A stretch of DNA of 63,306 bases, filler included, from Octopus bimaculoides (Eukaryota), in the NCBI RefSeq assembly GCF_001194135.2. It is 6 parts of 6 records of this genome, joined end to end, with 100 filler letters (N's around TTAATTAATTAA, not from the genome) between each part and the next. Parts side by side here need not be neighbours in the genome. Positions count along the whole stretch, not along the records: positions 52,662 to 63,306 come from NC_069004.1; 5 more parts are not named here. One strand, 5' to 3'. The notes beneath the pieces are model-generated. The model was not told the origin of the DNA. It made no database searches and worked only from the letters and a program-made list of their open reading frames with translations. Shown here piece after piece: positions 60,482-63,306 of the stretch (the first letter of the stretch is position 1; every line of letters starts with the position of its first letter). The position numbers and the translations under genes were made by a program.

Positions 60482-63306
60482 TCACATGTATATATACAGA
60501 TGTACATATGTATATACACATGCATNNNNNNNNNNNNNNNNNNNNNNNNNNNNNNNNNNNNNNNNNNNNNNNNNNNNNNNNNNNNNNNNNNNNNNNNNNN
60601 NNNNNNNNNNNNNNNNNNNNNNNNNNNNNNNNNNNNNNNNNNNNNNNNNNNNNNNNNNNNNNNNNNNNNNNNNNNNNNNNNNNNNNNNNNNNNNNNNNNN
60701 NNNNNNNNNNNNNNNNNNNNNNNNNNNNNNNNNNNNNNNNNNNNNNNNNNNNNNNNNNNNNNNNNNNNNNNNNNNNNNNNNNNNNNNNNNNNNNNNNNNN
60801 NNNNNNNNNNNNNNNNNNNNNNNNNNNNNNNNNNNNNNNNNNNNNNNNNNNNNNNNNNNNNNNNNNNNNNNNNNNNNNNNNNNNNNNNNAGAGAGAGAAA
60901 ATGGCGGTGGAGAGATTGAGCGAGCGAGCGGTGAACCGATACTGGTCGAAACATTTTTAGGTCGTGTCTTCCGGCGTTGGCATGTAGATACACACACATA
61001 CACACACACACACTATGTATATATGTATACACATACATTATATATATGTATATATATTTATGTATGTATATATATTTATATGTATAAATATACATATATA
61101 TATATATAAAGATTTAGATTCAAAATTGAATGTGGTACTTATGTTTAGGTACCAGAATATAGTATGGTATTATCCAAAATAATGCCAAAAAGAAGGTGAT
61201 CAAAAATCAAAATAAGCAACACGGATTTTAAAGATTATTGCAGTACGCACGTTTCATGCCACTCCATTTATTTAAGTAATGCGAGCATTACATTAAATGC
61301 AAAATGCAGANNNNNNNNNNCCATTTATTTAAGTAATGCGAGCATTACATTAAATGCAAAATGCAGAGCAATCTTCAGCTGCACAAGAATATAGAAAATT
61401 ACAGCAGAATGGACATATTACTAATTGTGGCAAATTTAAAATCTAAGTGGGAAGAAGAATACATAAAAATCCGTCTTGACATAGCCAAGGCTAGCAGGCT
61501 AGTAATTAATTCTAGGTAGAATTCTAACTGTCTCTTATTTTATTTGTCTCTTATCTAGTGGTTCAAAGCATAAGGGGTGGGGGGCAATCACTTCTAAGGG
61601 AAGGTCTAAGCATTATACATGGATATGACCACTGTACAAATACATGTGGTTGGGAAGCAATAATTCCCACTATAATTCTTGAAGTGTTCTCTTTGTTTCA
61701 CTTGCAATGTGTGGTTTGAAGCTGATTTGACTACGCTTTCTATTGGGACGACTGACCACGCACAGTGGTCAGTCGTTGGTCCGTAGTGATTATGGTTGTT
61801 GTTGTTATTGCCTTACATCAACCCTGATTAAGTGGACTTATCACAGTATCACAGAAGACGTTCCAAGTATGGCTATCCTGTTTATTCAAGACGCTAGTAT
61901 CAGCTTTGAGGCAACTTAACTGCTATTTCATGCGTACCCAGCGACCACTTAGTGGCTTCTTCTTCGGCTTTAGTTTTGCAGTGGTAGAGGCTTGGTGGTG
62001 GTGGAGGTATTGGCAGAGGTGGTGTTGGTGGCAGCGGAGGCGGCGGGGATTGTGGGGTGGTAGTTGTAGCGGTAGTTATGGTGCTTGAGGTACAGGAGCT
62101 AGTAGTGGTGTTGTTGTTGTTGATGCTGGTGGTGTGGGTGGTGGCGGTGGTGGTAGAGGTAGTGTTGGTTACGGTATTGGCCCTGGGGTATTGGTAGTGG
62201 CGGTGGGGGTGTTGGTGATGGTGGTGGTGCTGGGGTTGATGGTGTTTTGGTGTTAGTAGTCGGATATTGGTGGTGGTGGTGGGTGTATATTAGGTAAATA
62301 AAGGTGCAGCGAACAAACAGAAACCGAAGGCAAGAAGAAAGGGCTTGGATCGAAGGTCAGCGTTGAAAAGGGGAGGGGCAAGGAAGGAAAGACGGGGAAG
62401 TAACAAAACAAACAGACACACAGACAGATGAACAAATGCATGGAGAGTCTATTCATATATGNNNNNNNNNNNNNNNNNNNNNNNNNNNNNNNNNNNNNNN
62501 NNNNNNNNNNNNNNNNNNNNNNNNNNNNNNNNNNNNNNNNNNNNNNNNNNNNNNNNNNNNNNNNNNNNNNNNNNNNNNNNNNNNNNNNNNNNNNNNNNNN
62601 NNNNNNNNNNNNNNNNNNNNNNNNNNNNNNNNNNNNNNNNNNNNNNNNNNNNNNNNNNNNNNNNNNNNNNNNNNNNNNNNNNNNNNNNNNNNNNNNNNNN
62701 NNNNNNNNNNNNNNNNNNNNNNNNNNNNNNNNNNNNNNNNNNNNNNNNNNNNNNNNNNNNNNNNNNNNNNNNNNNNNNNNNNNNNNNNNNTCTCTCTCTC
62801 TCTCTATATATATACATATATATACATATCAATAAACGCAGGCACATACACACATACACATATACATGCATGTACACACATAGACATGCCCACAGTCTCA
62901 CACGCATACAGATATGCATACATGCATTTATGTATTCATACACGCGCACACACATACACACATACACATACATACACACATACGCACATCATCCATTAAA
63001 AGGAGAATACAAAAAGAAAAAAAAACATTAAGATATATTAAAGGAGAAGAAGTAGAAGAAGAAGAAAACGTGGATGGAGGAGGAGGAGGAGGAGGAGGAG
63101 AACTGAAAGAATAAACGGAATAAAAAAGAAAGAAAAAAGATCAAAATAAGGAAAAAAGAAAGCGAAAGGAGAAAAAGAAAAAATGAAAACAAACAAAAGA
63201 AGGCCCCCTAATAATAACGACGACAACACCAAAAAGGCCCCTACCCCCCTCCGCATCTACTCTCTGTCTTCTTGGCTTTATTTATATTCCGGTTCCTACC
63301 CTGAAG

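Noticed and set aside
60244-61110. ~220-bp direct repeat on either side of a gap
   Set aside because: Near-identical and gap-flanking; most likely the same locus assembled twice

Overview
AT-rich, repeat-dense eukaryotic draft-genome window, most likely cephalopod (Octopus-like). That assignment is inferred from the tRNA-derived SINE families and the heavy (TA)n/(CA)n/(TATC)n/(CAT)n microsatellite load. It has many N gaps, five artificial 100-nt N44-TTAATTAATTAA-N44 joins and several gap-flank duplications, so long-range adjacency is partly artificial. I can support no complete host protein-coding gene, and nearly all long ORFs in the track are gap or microsatellite artefacts. Recognisable content: (1) an inward-pointing (TTAGGG/ATAGGG)n array followed by a CpG-rich block and a ~334-bp higher-order satellite; (2) a decayed RTE/BovB-type LINE interrupted by an unidentified retroposed fragment; (3) a defective mariner, a Tc1-type MITE, a rearranged Academ-type DNA transposon, a CR1/L2-type fragment and a foldback element; (4) dozens of tRNA-derived SINEs; (5) several non-autonomous Penelope-like units. 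The most interesting signals are hammerhead-ribozyme motifs in these units. One unit couples a tRNA-like Pol III head to a hammerhead. Another family has hammerhead topology but a non-canonical CUCAGGA core. A domain where SINE CpGs have decayed (~28-38 kb) and one GC3-rich candidate exon (23449-23531) hint at an unannotated host gene.
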